Shown here one piece after another: positions 26,935-37,037 of a DNA stretch of 64,000 bases (its first letter is position 1; every line of letters begins with the position of its first letter). The DNA lies in NCBI GenBank assembly GCA_035627835.1, contig DASPKX010000113.1, positions 41,358 to 105,357 of the forward strand. Reading direction: 5' to 3'. This stretch comes from Candidatus Methylomirabilota bacterium. Its GTDB lineage: Bacteria > Verrucomicrobiota > Verrucomicrobiia > Limisphaerales > SXQI01. A program made the position numbers and the translations under genes. The notes beneath the pieces are model-generated. The model was not told the DNA's origin, made no database searches, and saw only the letters and a list, made by a program, of their open reading frames with translations.

Positions 26935-27417
26935 ATGCGACATACCATCTCAGTGCTGGTGGAAAACAAGTTCGGCGTGCTCACGCGAGTGGCTGGCTTG
27001 TTCAGCGGCCGTGGCTACAACATCGACACCTTGAACGTCGGGCCGACTCATGACCCGAGCGTCTCCCGCATGACAATTGTCACTCGCGGCGACGACGCCA
27101 CCCTCGAGCAGATCGTTAAACAGCTGAACAAGCTGGTTGATGTGCTCAAGGTGCAGGATTTCCGCGAAGGCGAATATGTTGATCGCGAGCTGGTCCTGGT
27201 GCGCGTGACCGTTGATTCGAAGACCCGCGCCGAAGTGATGCAGATCACTGACATCTTCCGCGCGAAGATCGTGGATGTGCAGGCGAAGACTTTGACCATT
27301 GAAGCGACCGGGGACGAGAGCAAGATCGAGAAGTTCCTCGAGCTGATGACCACATTCGGAATTGTGGAGCTGACCCGCACCGGGAAAATTGCGCTGCCAC
27401 GAAAGAGCCAAGCTTAA
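26935..27417 (+). CDS. ilvN: acetolactate synthase small (regulatory) subunit
   Basis: 'MRHTISVLVENKFGVLTRVAGLFSGRGYNIDTLNV' is the classic ACT-domain N-terminus of IlvN/IlvH. Start moved to the ATG at 26935 within the longer TTG ORF. Confidence 0.93.
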   Translation: MRHTISVLVENKFGVLTRVAGLFSGRGYNIDTLNVGPTHDPSVSRMTIVTRGDDATLEQIVKQLNKLVDVLKVQDFREGEYVDRELVLVRVTVDSKTRAEVMQITDIFRAKIVDVQAKTLTIEATGDESKIEKFLELMTTFGIVELTRTGKIALPRKSQA

Positions 27418-27444
27418 CCTTTAAACCATACAGACAACACACAC

Positions 27445-28470
27445 ATGCCAGCAAAAGTATATACAGACAAAGACGCGGACTTAGGCGTGCTGAAGGGCAA
27501 GACCCTCGCCGTCCTGGGCTTCGGCTCCCAAGGCCATGCGCACGCGCTCAACCTGAAGGACAGCGGCTTGAAGGTCATCATCGGCCTTTACGAGGGCAGC
27601 AAATCTGCTCCGGTCGCTCGCGAAAAGGGTTTCGAAGTTTATCAGACGGGCGAAGCTGTTCGCCGCGCTGACGTTATCTTCGTGGCGCTCCCTGACACGA
27701 AGCAGGCTGCCGCTTACAAGAAGGACATCGAGCCCAATCTGGCCCCAGGCAAGACGCTGTTGTTCTCGCACGGCTTCTCGATTCATTTTAAAACGATCGT
27801 TCCTCCCGCGAATGTGGACGTCATCCTCGTGGCTCCTAAAGGTCCAGGTCATATCGTTCGCCGCCAATACACTGAAGGCAAAGGCGTTCCTTCGCTGATC
27901 GCCGTTCACCAGAACAAGAGCAAGCAAGCCAAGAAGGTTGCGCTCGCCTGGGCGAAGGGCATCGGCGGCTCCCGCGCTGGTGTGATCGAGACGACCTTCA
28001 AGGAAGAGACCGAAACCGATCTGTTCGGCGAGCAAACCGTCCTTTGCGGCGGCGTGAGCGCGTTGATCATCGCTGGTTACGAGACACTGGTGGAAGCCGG
28101 TTATCAACCGGAGATGGCTTACTTCGAGTGCTTGCATGAGTTGAAGCTGATCGTTGACCTCATGAATGAGGCGGGCATTAGCGGCATGCGCTTCTCGATT
28201 TCCGAGACAGCGAAGTGGGGTGACGTGAGTGTCGGGCCGAAGATCATCGACAAGAGCGTGAAGAAGCGGATGAAAGAAGCTCTGAAGGACATTCAGAGTG
28301 GCAAGTTTGCCAAAGGGTGGGTGAAAGAGTATGAAACCGGGTATAAGAAGTACAACCAACTGCTCAAGGCGGGTGAGAGCCATAGCATTGAGAAAGTTGG
28401 CGCCCGGCTCCGCTCGATGATGCCTTGGATGCAGAAGCGTTCGATCAAAGGCGCGCAAGCTTCCTACTAA
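27445..28470 (+). CDS. ilvC: ketol-acid reductoisomerase (class I)
   Basis: 341 aa. '[17 protein letters not shown]' NADP-binding motif and a conserved C-terminal knotted domain. Confidence 0.96.
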   Translation: MPAKVYTDKDADLGVLKGKTLAVLGFGSQGHAHALNLKDSGLKVIIGLYEGSKSAPVAREKGFEVYQTGEAVRRADVIFVALPDTKQAAAYKKDIEPNLAPGKTLLFSHGFSIHFKTIVPPANVDVILVAPKGPGHIVRRQYTEGKGVPSLIAVHQNKSKQAKKVALAWAKGIGGSRAGVIETTFKEETETDLFGEQTVLCGGVSALIIAGYETLVEAGYQPEMAYFECLHELKLIVDLMNEAGISGMRFSISETAKWGDVSVGPKIIDKSVKKRMKEALKDIQSGKFAKGWVKEYETGYKKYNQLLKAGESHSIEKVGARLRSMMPWMQKRSIKGAQASY

Positions 28471-28485
28471 GAGGCAGTTTTCACA

Positions 28486-28516
28486 GGGCGGCTCCGAGCG
28501 GAGCCGCCCTTTTTTG
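28486..28516 (+). terminator. intrinsic terminator after ilvC
   Basis: GGGCGGCTC-cgagcg-GAGCCGCCC followed by TTTTTT. Confidence 0.85.
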
Positions 28517-28583
28517 TGCTCGCGCAGGGAGGCGGGAGCGCGGAACATTTGTGTGGAAGTGGTGTTATAGTTTGGGAGCAATT

Positions 28584-29450
28584 ATGCGACAGGTCAGGAT
28601 TTTAGCTTTGCTGGTCGGATTGGCGGCCGAAGCGGTTTGCGCCACTGCGGTGGAATCCGCGCCGCGCAACTATCAGACCATCGTGGATCGCAACCCTTTC
28701 GGGCTGAGGGATCCTGAGTCGATCAAGCCCCCCGTGCAGACGAACAACGTCAAGGCGGAGCCTCCCAAGCCTAAGTACGAGATCAAATTGACGGGCATCA
28801 ACACCTACGGGGGAAAGAAAAAGGCGTACTTCTTCAGCAAGGAGCCGAATTTAAAGAACCCTTACTTCAGCGTGACTGAAGGCGAGGAGCAAAAAGGGAT
28901 CGAAGTTAAGGAAGTTTACGTTAACGGCACGGATAAGTGGGTCAAAGTTCTCTTCAATGGTGAAGAGATGAAGATGAGCTTTAAAACACACGGGCTGACG
29001 AACGCGCCGACAGTGATGCCGCAGCTCGGGAAACCAGGGCAGCCAGGTGTGCCTAATTTGGGTGTCCAGCCGGGGCAGCCAGGGTATCCGCAGCCAGGGA
29101 TGCAGCCGATTCCGCAGCCCACGACGGTGGACCCAAACACAGGTCTGCCAGTGGCGCCAAATTCGCCGTACACCCCGAACAATACGCCAAGGACGGTGCC
29201 AGCGCGATCATTGCGGGGAGCAGTCACCCAGCCCACCTCGGACGCGAACGCGGATTTTGTCACTCGGAACCCGGAACTAGCCAGGCAGTATGGCATCGTG
29301 CCCGGCCAAAACCAGGCTGCGGCCCCCGTGCAGATCAGCCCGGAGGAGCAGTTTCTGCGGATGAAGGTTAACGAGGAGATGGCCCGCCGGTCGAACACGC
29401 CTTTTCCGCCTTTGCCAGGGCTGCCCGGGGGAGTCCCCACACCGCAGTAA
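28584..29450 (+). CDS. secreted protein with 'RNPFG' motif, beta-rich domain and Pro/Gln-rich tail (PilP/GspC-like?)
   Basis: Start set at the ATG at 28584, which gives the signal peptide MRQVRILALLVGLAAEAVCA. The longer ORF would run through the ilvC terminator. Function is tentative. Confidence 0.55.
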   Translation: MRQVRILALLVGLAAEAVCATAVESAPRNYQTIVDRNPFGLRDPESIKPPVQTNNVKAEPPKPKYEIKLTGINTYGGKKKAYFFSKEPNLKNPYFSVTEGEEQKGIEVKEVYVNGTDKWVKVLFNGEEMKMSFKTHGLTNAPTVMPQLGKPGQPGVPNLGVQPGQPGYPQPGMQPIPQPTTVDPNTGLPVAPNSPYTPNNTPRTVPARSLRGAVTQPTSDANADFVTRNPELARQYGIVPGQNQAAAPVQISPEEQFLRMKVNEEMARRSNTPFPPLPGLPGGVPTPQ

Positions 29451-29463
29451 TTCTGGGCGCGCT

Positions 29464-30756
29464 TTAGGGAGCGAATTCGTGGCACGCGATTTCGCGCGCG
29501 TCCCGCACGAAAAGCCGTCCGTCAGCAAACGCCGGATGGTTCCAGTTCTTGCCAGCGATTTGTGTTCGGTTTAACTCCACATATTTCGCCGGATCCGGTT
29601 TGATCCAGACCAGCTCGCCATCATCGGTGACGACGATCAAGTTGCCGCCGACCTCAAGAGTGGCGGAATACTCTTTGCCGAATCCCGGGGCTGTCCAGTT
29701 GAGCTTGCCAGTATCGGCGTTAACACTGACGAAGTTGCGGCTGGGGCCGTGGGAGTAGAGGTGCCCGTTCACTTCGACAGCGGTCGCGAGGTTAATCTTA
29801 GCTTCCGGGTTCGACCACTTTTCTGTCGCAGTGATCTTTCCGTCCGCCTTTTTCACCGAAAAAGCCTTCATGCCGAATGTATGGGAGTTCACAATGACAG
29901 AGTCTTTGCACACGAGCGGGGTGGCTGTGTGGCGCTTGGCATTGGTGCGCAACGGAACACGCCAGAGCAACTCGCCGCTGCGACGGTCCAGGGCCATCAG
30001 CGAATCAGCCATAAAGGCCAGCACATGCCGCGCGCCAGCCAGGTCAGCAACCATGAGTGAGGAGTAGGCGGCTTCCTCCTGGCCAGCCTTCCAAATGAGG
30101 CGGCCGGTGAGTTTGTCCAGCGCGACCACACTTGCGCCATCGGGGTTCCCCACGGGAATGATGACTTCGGAGCCGTCGACCAAACCTGAGCCGTTGTTGC
30201 CGCGACGCGAAGCGGTGCCCTCGCGGGCTTTGGCGCCAAGAAACTTTACACCGAAATCCTTCTCGAAATTTTTCGTCCAGAGGGTGCTTCCATCCAGCAG
30301 GTTGAGACAGCGGAATTCGCCGTCGCAGCTTTGGACGTAAACTCGGTCGCCATCGATGATGGGAGTCGCGCGGGTGCCAGCGCCCCATTCGTCCTGGAAG
30401 AGGTTGGAGATTTCCGTTTTCCAGAGCTGTTTGCCAGTGTTGGCGTCGAGGCAAAAAGCGGACTCCTTCTCACCGTCGCCACCGCAGTAAACAAGCTTGC
30501 CGCGCGCAACGACGGGTGAAGAAAACCCCGGGCCTGCAGGAACACGCCAAATCGTGCGCGGCTCGCCAGGAGCGACTTTTCGGCCGGGAGCGGTTTGTGC
30601 ATGGCCGTCGCGGTTCGGCCCGCGCCATTGCGGCCAATCTCCTCCCTGGAGAGCTGGGAGAGCGCAGCAGAGCAGGGCAGCAAAGCGAGCGAGGTGCATG
30701 GAGGGATGTTTGCGCGTTTCCAAAGAAGGGTCAACGGCGGCCAAAAGGTGCGGCAA
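29464..30756 (-). CDS. PQQ-like beta-propeller repeat protein (BamB-like fold)
   Basis: 'WPQWRGPNRDG' followed by repeated 'G..vy......l.a.d..tG..lW' blades. The likely true start is the ATG at 30699 (MHLARFAALLCCALPALQG signal peptide). Confidence 0.8.
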   Translation of the reverse strand: MPHLLAAVDPSLETRKHPSMHLARFAALLCCALPALQGGDWPQWRGPNRDGHAQTAPGRKVAPGEPRTIWRVPAGPGFSSPVVARGKLVYCGGDGEKESAFCLDANTGKQLWKTEISNLFQDEWGAGTRATPIIDGDRVYVQSCDGEFRCLNLLDGSTLWTKNFEKDFGVKFLGAKAREGTASRRGNNGSGLVDGSEVIIPVGNPDGASVVALDKLTGRLIWKAGQEEAAYSSLMVADLAGARHVLAFMADSLMALDRRSGELLWRVPLRTNAKRHTATPLVCKDSVIVNSHTFGMKAFSVKKADGKITATEKWSNPEAKINLATAVEVNGHLYSHGPSRNFVSVNADTGKLNWTAPGFGKEYSATLEVGGNLIVVTDDGELVWIKPDPAKYVELNRTQIAGKNWNHPAFADGRLFVRDAREIACHEFAP

Positions 30757-31013
30757 CTTTTATTTGACCAACAGGAGTGATGCACTACTGTCACCATCAA
30801 ACCTGCCTGGCAGGCAGGGTGTTTGGCTATTGGACGTAGGCAGTTCGCCTGTTCACTACGCTGGACGCATACGCTGCCAGGGCTGAGACGCAAGGCTGGT
30901 TAAAACTGAGCGTGACAAGTCGGGAGAGTCTGGCCGGAAAGATGGGATGCGCATTCTTCGGAAAGCGCATTCCATTTTCTGTTTTCAGGATTTGCGTCGC
31001 ACCCGAAAAAGAA

Positions 31014-31046
31014 AAACCGCGCTCGTGAGGAGCGCGGTTTTGCTGA
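31014..31046 (-). terminator. intrinsic terminator (hairpin CCGCGCTC/GAGCGCGG) after the small basic gene
   Basis: 8-bp GC stem. On the minus strand it is followed by TTTTTCTTTTTC. There is also T4 on the plus strand. Confidence 0.75.
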
Positions 31047-31057
31047 AGATCTGTGGA

Positions 31058-31222
31058 TTAAATGTCGGTGCGGTTTTCGACCCAATCTCCAGTGTGGATC
31101 ATCTGTCTGATTCGGCGACGCTCGTAACGGTTCTTGTGAGGTTTGTCATTGCGGTTGGCCAACTGCTTGAACGGGTGCTTTGTCCGAATGACTTCCGTAA
31201 TGAGGTCTATTGTTTTCGTCAT
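31058..31222 (-). CDS. small basic hypothetical protein (54 aa)
   Basis: MTKTIDLITEVIRTKHPFKQLANRNDKPHKNRYERRRIRQ... AAGG lies about 9 nt upstream of the ATG at 31222. It has its own terminator. Confidence 0.5.
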   Translation of the reverse strand: MTKTIDLITEVIRTKHPFKQLANRNDKPHKNRYERRRIRQMIHTGDWVENRTDI

Positions 31223-31507
31223 AGTGCTTACCTTTCTGGAGACGATGCGGCGCCCGGGAGGCCTGTGGCTTACAAGGCCTTTGAAGTGTTGGAACCCAAG
31301 TCGTCGCAATCATAAGCGGTATCCGACTTTCCATTAAAAATGTAACAAGTTCGTTTCCAATTTGCCACCCTGAAAATGAAAAACTTTTCGAGCGGAAGGT
31401 GGAGGGCCAGTCAGCGGGGCCGACTCGTTAGAGCAAGAGCTTCAGCTTGGAAGCCGCTGGTATTGCCAATGAAAGGGCACGGGCCTACGGTTGCTGATTA
31501 GCGCAAT

Positions 31508-32851
31508 ATGAAGAAACGGCTGCTCTACGTAACGCTGGTGACAGTGTTGGGGCTCAATCTGTTGATCGGAGCCCAGATCTATCTGAACACGGCACAGGCT
31601 GCTGAGAAGGAGAACATCTACCAGCAAATGGAGTTGTTCATGCGCGTGATGGAGCGGGTGCGCGCGGAGCATGTGGACGCGGATAAGGTCACATACCAGG
31701 ACCTGGTGCATAGCGCCTTGAAGGGGATGGTGAACCAACTCGATCCGCACAGCGAGTACATGGAGCCGCGCAAGTATGACAACCTCAAAACGGAAGCCGA
31801 GGGGGCGTTCGGCGGTTTGGGAATTGTAATCGGCCCGCGGGACGGGGCGTTAACGGTCATTACGCCTATGGAGGATAGCCCAGCGGCGCAGGCAGGGGTG
31901 CTCGCGGGTGATAAGCTGATCCGCATCGATGGGGTCAGCGCGGAGAACATGACAGTTGAAGATGCGGCGTTGAAGCTGCGCGGTGAGCCGGGGACGGAAG
32001 TGACGATTACTGTAGCCCGCGGGACGCCTGCTGAAGTGAAGGAGTTCAAGCTGAAGCGGGCGATCATCAAGGTGGGCACCGTGAAGGATTCGGCTGGCGG
32101 GCGTGAATTCAAGTTAGGTGAGCACAAGATTGGATATGTGCGGATCACGCATTTCTGGGAGCAGACGGCTTCGGAGCTGGAAGCAGCCTTGAAGAAGCTC
32201 CAGGGGCAAGGGATGGAGGGTTTGATCCTGGATGTTCGAAATAATCCAGGCGGGTTGCTGCCGCAGGTGGTGAGCATTTGCGACATGTTCCTGCCACGCG
32301 GGCAGTTGATTGTGTCCACGGAAGGGCCTCCAGGGCAGAAGCCGGAGGAATATAAGGCGACCGGACGCGATCAATTTCCTGGAGTCCGGATTGTGGTGTT
32401 GGTGAACGGCGGCAGCGCGAGCGCATCAGAGATTTTAGCTGGTTGCCTGCAGGATGTGGGGCGCGCGTTCATCATGGGTGAGCAGACTTTCGGGAAAGGC
32501 TCTGTGCAAACCGTGTTCCCGCTGCCGGATGGATCCGCTCTTCGTCTGACAACGGCGAAGTATTACACGCCGAGCCATAAAGTGATTCATGAGCGGGGGA
32601 TCGCTCCGGATAGCGTGGTGCCAATGACGCAGGAAGAAGAGGAGGCGTTGTTAATCAAGCGCAGCACTGGCGGGCTGGAAAGCTTGCCCGAAGCGGAACG
32701 CGCGAAGGTGATGGCGATTCGTGATGTGCAACTCGATCGGGCTGTCGATTTCCTGCGAGCCATGACGCTGCATAAGGCGCGCGTGGGCAGGACGAGCGGC
32801 GAACGAGGCGCGAAGCTGAGCGCGGCTCAGGGATCCACAAGCGCGCAGTGA
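31508..32851 (+). CDS. carboxyl-terminal processing protease (S41 family, PDZ-containing)
   Basis: 447 aa. PDZ region 'GDKLIRIDG', 'RNNPGG', catalytic region 'GGSASASEILAG' and 'TFGKGSVQ'. Confidence 0.92.
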   Translation: MKKRLLYVTLVTVLGLNLLIGAQIYLNTAQAAEKENIYQQMELFMRVMERVRAEHVDADKVTYQDLVHSALKGMVNQLDPHSEYMEPRKYDNLKTEAEGAFGGLGIVIGPRDGALTVITPMEDSPAAQAGVLAGDKLIRIDGVSAENMTVEDAALKLRGEPGTEVTITVARGTPAEVKEFKLKRAIIKVGTVKDSAGGREFKLGEHKIGYVRITHFWEQTASELEAALKKLQGQGMEGLILDVRNNPGGLLPQVVSICDMFLPRGQLIVSTEGPPGQKPEEYKATGRDQFPGVRIVVLVNGGSASASEILAGCLQDVGRAFIMGEQTFGKGSVQTVFPLPDGSALRLTTAKYYTPSHKVIHERGIAPDSVVPMTQEEEEALLIKRSTGGLESLPEAERAKVMAIRDVQLDRAVDFLRAMTLHKARVGRTSGERGAKLSAAQGSTSAQ

Positions 32852-33876
32852 CCATGCGCGTTTTGGCGATCGAGACATCATGTGACGAGACGAGCGTGGC
32901 GGTGATCGCAGATGGAGTGGCGTTGGCGAACGTCGTTTCCACGCAGATCAAAATGCACGCTGAATATGGCGGGGTGGTGCCGGAGTTGGCCACCCGTGAG
33001 CATGCGCGCAACCTTCTGCCAGTGGCGCGGGAAGCTCTGCGCCAGGCAGGCCTTGCGGCGGAGAATATTGACGCTGTGGCGGCGACTCAAGGGCCGGGTC
33101 TGCCGAATGCTTTGTTGATCGGCTTTCACGCGGGGCAAAGCTTCGCCCTCAGCATTGAGAAGCCATTCATCGGAATTCATCATCACGAAGCTCACCTCTA
33201 CTCGCCGTGGATTCGTGGAACGCCTCCACGCGCGGAGTTTGAAGCCTTTGAGCCGAACATTTCTTTGATCGTCAGCGGTGGGCACACGTTGCTCGTGCAT
33301 GTGAAGGGGGAGCAGCAACACTCCGTGCTGGGTGGAACCATCGATGACGCCGCGGGCGAGTGCTTCGACAAGACGGCGAAGCTGCTGGGGCTGCCCTACC
33401 CTGGAGGGCCCCACTTGGATCGACTCGCTGCCAAGGGAAATCCAGCGACGCACAGCTTTCCTCGCCCGATGATGCATGATGCGGGGGATGATTTTAGTTA
33501 CAGCGGGCTGAAAACCTCGGTCCGGTACTTTCTGCAGAATCATCCCGAGATCTTGAACGATGCCGGCAAAGTCGCGGATCTGTGCGCCAGCGTGCAGGCG
33601 GCGATTGTGGAGCCGCTGGTGCATAAGTTGATTCGCGCGGCCAAGCGGACGGGAGTGAAATGTGTGACTGCTTCGGGCGGGGTGACCTGCAATAGCGGAT
33701 TGAGGCGGGCACTAGAGGAAGGGTGCAGAAGGAATCGACTGCAGCTTCGCCTCGCTGAGCCGAAGCTTTGCACGGACAACGCAGCTATGATCGGCATTTT
33801 GGCCGAGCGAAAGTTGCTGCGAGGGGCTGCGGAGACAACGGTGAGCGCGGAAATCTACCCGAGCTGGGATCTCTGA
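32848..33876 (+). CDS. tsaD: tRNA N6-adenosine threonylcarbamoyltransferase
   Basis: 342 aa. 'LAIETSCDETSVAV', 'HHHEAHL', 'SGGHT' and 'GGVTCN' motifs. 4-nt overlap with the upstream protease gene. Confidence 0.95.
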   Translation: MTMRVLAIETSCDETSVAVIADGVALANVVSTQIKMHAEYGGVVPELATREHARNLLPVAREALRQAGLAAENIDAVAATQGPGLPNALLIGFHAGQSFALSIEKPFIGIHHHEAHLYSPWIRGTPPRAEFEAFEPNISLIVSGGHTLLVHVKGEQQHSVLGGTIDDAAGECFDKTAKLLGLPYPGGPHLDRLAAKGNPATHSFPRPMMHDAGDDFSYSGLKTSVRYFLQNHPEILNDAGKVADLCASVQAAIVEPLVHKLIRAAKRTGVKCVTASGGVTCNSGLRRALEEGCRRNRLQLRLAEPKLCTDNAAMIGILAERKLLRGAAETTVSAEIYPSWDL

Positions 33877-35055
33877 TTAATCCGAGAGGCCCATGAAGAG
33901 CATGATGAGGTCGACGATGAACAGGAGCACGATGCTCAACTCGAGGAGAAGCATCCAACGGTTATTCTGATCCTGACTGAGGAGTTGGTAAAGGTCATCC
34001 AGGGTCTTGAGTTTTTCATCGACGGACTTGTGCCAGTCCGCCAGATGAAAGCGCGCGGAGATGTCCTGGTAAATGCGAGCGAGATGCCAGTCCCCAAAGA
34101 ACTTGGTGATGTTCCCCATCTCGTCACTGAAGCGCGCCATGTCGATGCGGATCTCCCGTAGCTCCGCAATGCGGGCTTGCCGCTCCTTCATCGACTTGCT
34201 CGAAAGGTCGCGGTAGGAGCGCTCGAGAGCGTTGTCGAGAATGCGGTCGTAGGCTTCCAACTCGGCGAGTTGCAGGTTCGCCATCTCGAAGATGTAAACG
34301 ATTTCGTGAAGGTCTTTCGGCTCGTCGATCACCAACGCTGCATCCCAATCCACCACAACCAAATCACTTTGGTAATAGCTAAGGTATCGCATGGTGGACT
34401 CGCGGGTTTCTTGATCCGATAGCTCGCGGGGATCCTGCTCCTGGGTGAGAGCTGAAGCGACTTCGCGGCGATGGCGGGTGAGCCATTTCTCAGCGGACAC
34501 CACGGCGCCATCCGTGGTGCGGAGGGGGCCTTGAATGCCAAAGACGGTGTACGCCTCCTCCTCCACTAAGTCTGGGAGCGGTCGGATGGAGTGCTGCTCC
34601 AGTTCGCGCCGGAGGTCGTTGGCCAGGGCGCGGACCTCCTCGTGGATCGAGCCGTTGGTGAATTGGAGGTCGTGGAATTCGGCGAGGTCCTTAATGGCGC
34701 GAACCTGAAAGGGGACACGCATGGTGATGCTGAAGGCGCCGACGGGGAGTATCTTTACGAGTCGCTCGATTTGGAGAGGTCCACGCGGGCCGATGCGCTC
34801 AATGGCCGGGAGCCGGACCATTTGCGGGCGGTAAAAAACCATGTGCCGCGGGTTGCGCTTGCTCGCGTCCATCGAGAATTGCGCGACGGGATGACCGAGG
34901 AGTTCCCGAATGCGCTCGCGCTTCATTTCGTAGGCAAAGTCGAAGGCATAGATGTAAACAACCTCGCCTTTGTACCCGAGGATTGGGTCGGCGGGCTCCA
35001 CATGCGCGGGCTTGCCGCGGCCTAAACGATGTTGGAAATCCCGTGGAGAACCCAT
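33877..35055 (-). CDS. hypothetical protein with a single C-terminal TM helix, possibly RMD1/DUF155-like
   Basis: 392 aa. The C-terminal arrangement (amphipathic helices, then 'WMLLLELSIVLLFIVDLIMLF') resembles the DUF155 family. Assignment is tentative. Confidence 0.4.
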   Translation of the reverse strand: MGSPRDFQHRLGRGKPAHVEPADPILGYKGEVVYIYAFDFAYEMKRERIRELLGHPVAQFSMDASKRNPRHMVFYRPQMVRLPAIERIGPRGPLQIERLVKILPVGAFSITMRVPFQVRAIKDLAEFHDLQFTNGSIHEEVRALANDLRRELEQHSIRPLPDLVEEEAYTVFGIQGPLRTTDGAVVSAEKWLTRHRREVASALTQEQDPRELSDQETRESTMRYLSYYQSDLVVVDWDAALVIDEPKDLHEIVYIFEMANLQLAELEAYDRILDNALERSYRDLSSKSMKERQARIAELREIRIDMARFSDEMGNITKFFGDWHLARIYQDISARFHLADWHKSVDEKLKTLDDLYQLLSQDQNNRWMLLLELSIVLLFIVDLIMLFMGLSD

Positions 35056-35097
35056 GCTTTAGCTTAGTCCATTGAGGTGTTGGATGTCCATTTTTGT

Positions 35098-35127
35098 GGG
35101 CGCCCGGTCGTGGCCCGGGCCTACCAT
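35098..35127 (+). repeat. REP-like hairpin element copy 1 (GGGCGCCCGGTCGTGGCCCGGGCCTACCAT)
   Basis: Near-identical to 37450..37480. GCCCGG/CCGGGC stem. Confidence 0.7.
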
Positions 35128-35130
35128 AAC

Positions 35131-35164
35131 AAAAAAAGGCAGCCTGCATGTGCTGCAGGCTGCC
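35131..35164 (-). terminator. intrinsic terminator downstream of the htrA-like gene
   Basis: 11-bp stem GGCAGCCTGCA/TGCAGGCTGCC. On the minus strand it is followed by T7. Confidence 0.75.
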
Positions 35165-35349
35165 CGACCGAAACAACCGGGGTGGATTAGAAGCCGCCTC
35201 ACAAATACCAAGCAGCGTCTTGCGGGTCTTTAGGCCGCATGCTTCGTTGCTCCTCAGTCGCAGATCCATGCGGATATGCTCCTTCGTCGCGCCTGGCCTC
35301 CGGCCAAAATCCCTCGCAATCCACTTGCTGGTTATTTATGAGACAACTT

Positions 35350-36882
35350 CTACTCTTTGGCCTTATCGACGACGATGTATTGGCTGACGCCACTGCGCCA
35401 GATGCGGAGCCGAAGGCGAGGCGCTTTGTTAGCCTCGGTGAGTTCGACGGCGTCATCCGCGCTTTTCACAGGCTTGCCGTTGATTTCCTCAATGACGGTG
35501 CCGGCGCGAATGCCTTTCGCGTAAGCATTCGAATCGGGGTCAACTCGCATCACGAGCGCGCCGGCGACACGTTGCGGAATGTTAAACTGCCGGCGTGTGG
35601 CAGGTGTCAGGTCGGTAACAGTCACGCCCTCCAGGGTTTCAGCGGAGTCAGGCTCCGAAGGAGTGGCGCGGCCTCCCTGACGCCGCGGGTCGGCATTTGA
35701 GGCAAGCGCATCCGATGGCAACTCGGCGAGAGTGACGTTGATGGTCTGCTTTTTGCCGTTGCGGAGGACGTTGAACTTCACCGAGCTGTTCGGCGCGGTC
35801 TGCGCGACCATCAAGCGGAGATGACGGCTGTCACTCACCTCGCGACCGTTAAACTGAGTGATGATGTCACCCGATTGGAAGCCGGCTTTCTCAGCGGGGG
35901 TGTCTTCCGCCACCGCCGCAACCAACGCACCCTTGGTGTCAGGCAGCTTGAATTCCTGAGCCAGTTCCTGGCTGAGTGGTTGGAGCTGCACGCCAAGATA
36001 TCCACGGCGGACTTTGCCTTCCTGGATGAGACGATCCATCACGCTGCGGGCCATGTTCACAGGGATGGCGAAGCCAACGCCTTGATTGCCGCCGCTGCGG
36101 CTCATGATGAACGTGTTAATTCCCAGCAAACGCCCTTCGGCATCCACCAGCGCGCCACCGGAATTGCCGGGATTGATGGAGGCGTCCGTCTGAATGAAGT
36201 CCTCGTAATCAACGATGCCAAAGCCGCCGCGGCCGACGGCGCTGATGATGCCAGAGGTGACGGTTTGGCCGAGACCGAATGGATTGCCAATGGCCAAGGT
36301 CATGTCGCCGACTTCGGCGAGATCGCTGTTGGCCATAGTAATCGCGGGCAGGCCAGTGGCTTCAATCTTGAGCACAGCGGTGTCGGTTGGGGGGTCGGTG
36401 CCGACCACCTTCGCGACGTATTCCTGGCCGCTGAGCATGACGACGCGGACTTCGTCAGCGCCTTCGACAACGTGGTTGTTGGAGAGGATGTAGCCATTCT
36501 CGGAAACGATGACACCTGAGCCGAGGCTTTGTTCCTGGCGGCTGCGAGGAGCCCGGCCCGAAGGACCCCCGGAGCCATCCTCATCTTCCAAACCCTCGAA
36601 CCCTTCAGGGAAAAAGCGGCGGAAAAAGTCGGGAAGCTGCTGCGCGTTGGGGGCAGTGACTTTTTTGGTGGTGAAAATGTTGACGACGCTCGGGGCGACC
36701 TTCTTGACCACTGGGGCAAAGCTGGTTGCGCTTTTCACGTCACGCGCGAGGGGCTTGTCGGAATAGTTTACCTTGGGCGGCTCGCTTTTTTGCTGGGCAA
36801 TGGCTGGGCCGAACTGCAGGCAGGCCACAGCCAAGGCTCCTCCAAGGAGCATGTAGCTGAAATGTTTAACCTTCTTGTTCAT
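35350..36882 (-). CDS. Do/HtrA-family periplasmic serine endoprotease with two PDZ domains
   Basis: 'NNHVV', 'DTAVLKI' and 'GNSGGAL' catalytic triad contexts, two PDZ regions. Start set at the ATG at 36882 (MNKKVKHFSYMLLGGALAVA signal peptide). Confidence 0.93.
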   Translation of the reverse strand: MNKKVKHFSYMLLGGALAVACLQFGPAIAQQKSEPPKVNYSDKPLARDVKSATSFAPVVKKVAPSVVNIFTTKKVTAPNAQQLPDFFRRFFPEGFEGLEDEDGSGGPSGRAPRSRQEQSLGSGVIVSENGYILSNNHVVEGADEVRVVMLSGQEYVAKVVGTDPPTDTAVLKIEATGLPAITMANSDLAEVGDMTLAIGNPFGLGQTVTSGIISAVGRGGFGIVDYEDFIQTDASINPGNSGGALVDAEGRLLGINTFIMSRSGGNQGVGFAIPVNMARSVMDRLIQEGKVRRGYLGVQLQPLSQELAQEFKLPDTKGALVAAVAEDTPAEKAGFQSGDIITQFNGREVSDSRHLRLMVAQTAPNSSVKFNVLRNGKKQTINVTLAELPSDALASNADPRRQGGRATPSEPDSAETLEGVTVTDLTPATRRQFNIPQRVAGALVMRVDPDSNAYAKGIRAGTVIEEINGKPVKSADDAVELTEANKAPRLRLRIWRSGVSQYIVVDKAKE

Positions 36883-37037
36883 AAAAATTGATCGTGTTAC
36901 CCGTGAGAAATCCCAACCTCCACTTTGACGCTTTACCATAAGGGCAGGTTCAAAAAGATGCCAGTGGGGTTTTTACGTATACGTATGGTTTGGCGGATTG
37001 GACGCGGAGCAGAATCCAATTATAGTCGGAAGGCAGA

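Noticed and set aside
30802-30814. 13-bp palindrome CCTGCCTGGCAGG upstream of the PQQ-propeller gene.
   Set aside because: It is short, a single occurrence, and may lie inside the coding region if the longer start (30756) were wrong in the other direction. There is no supporting context.
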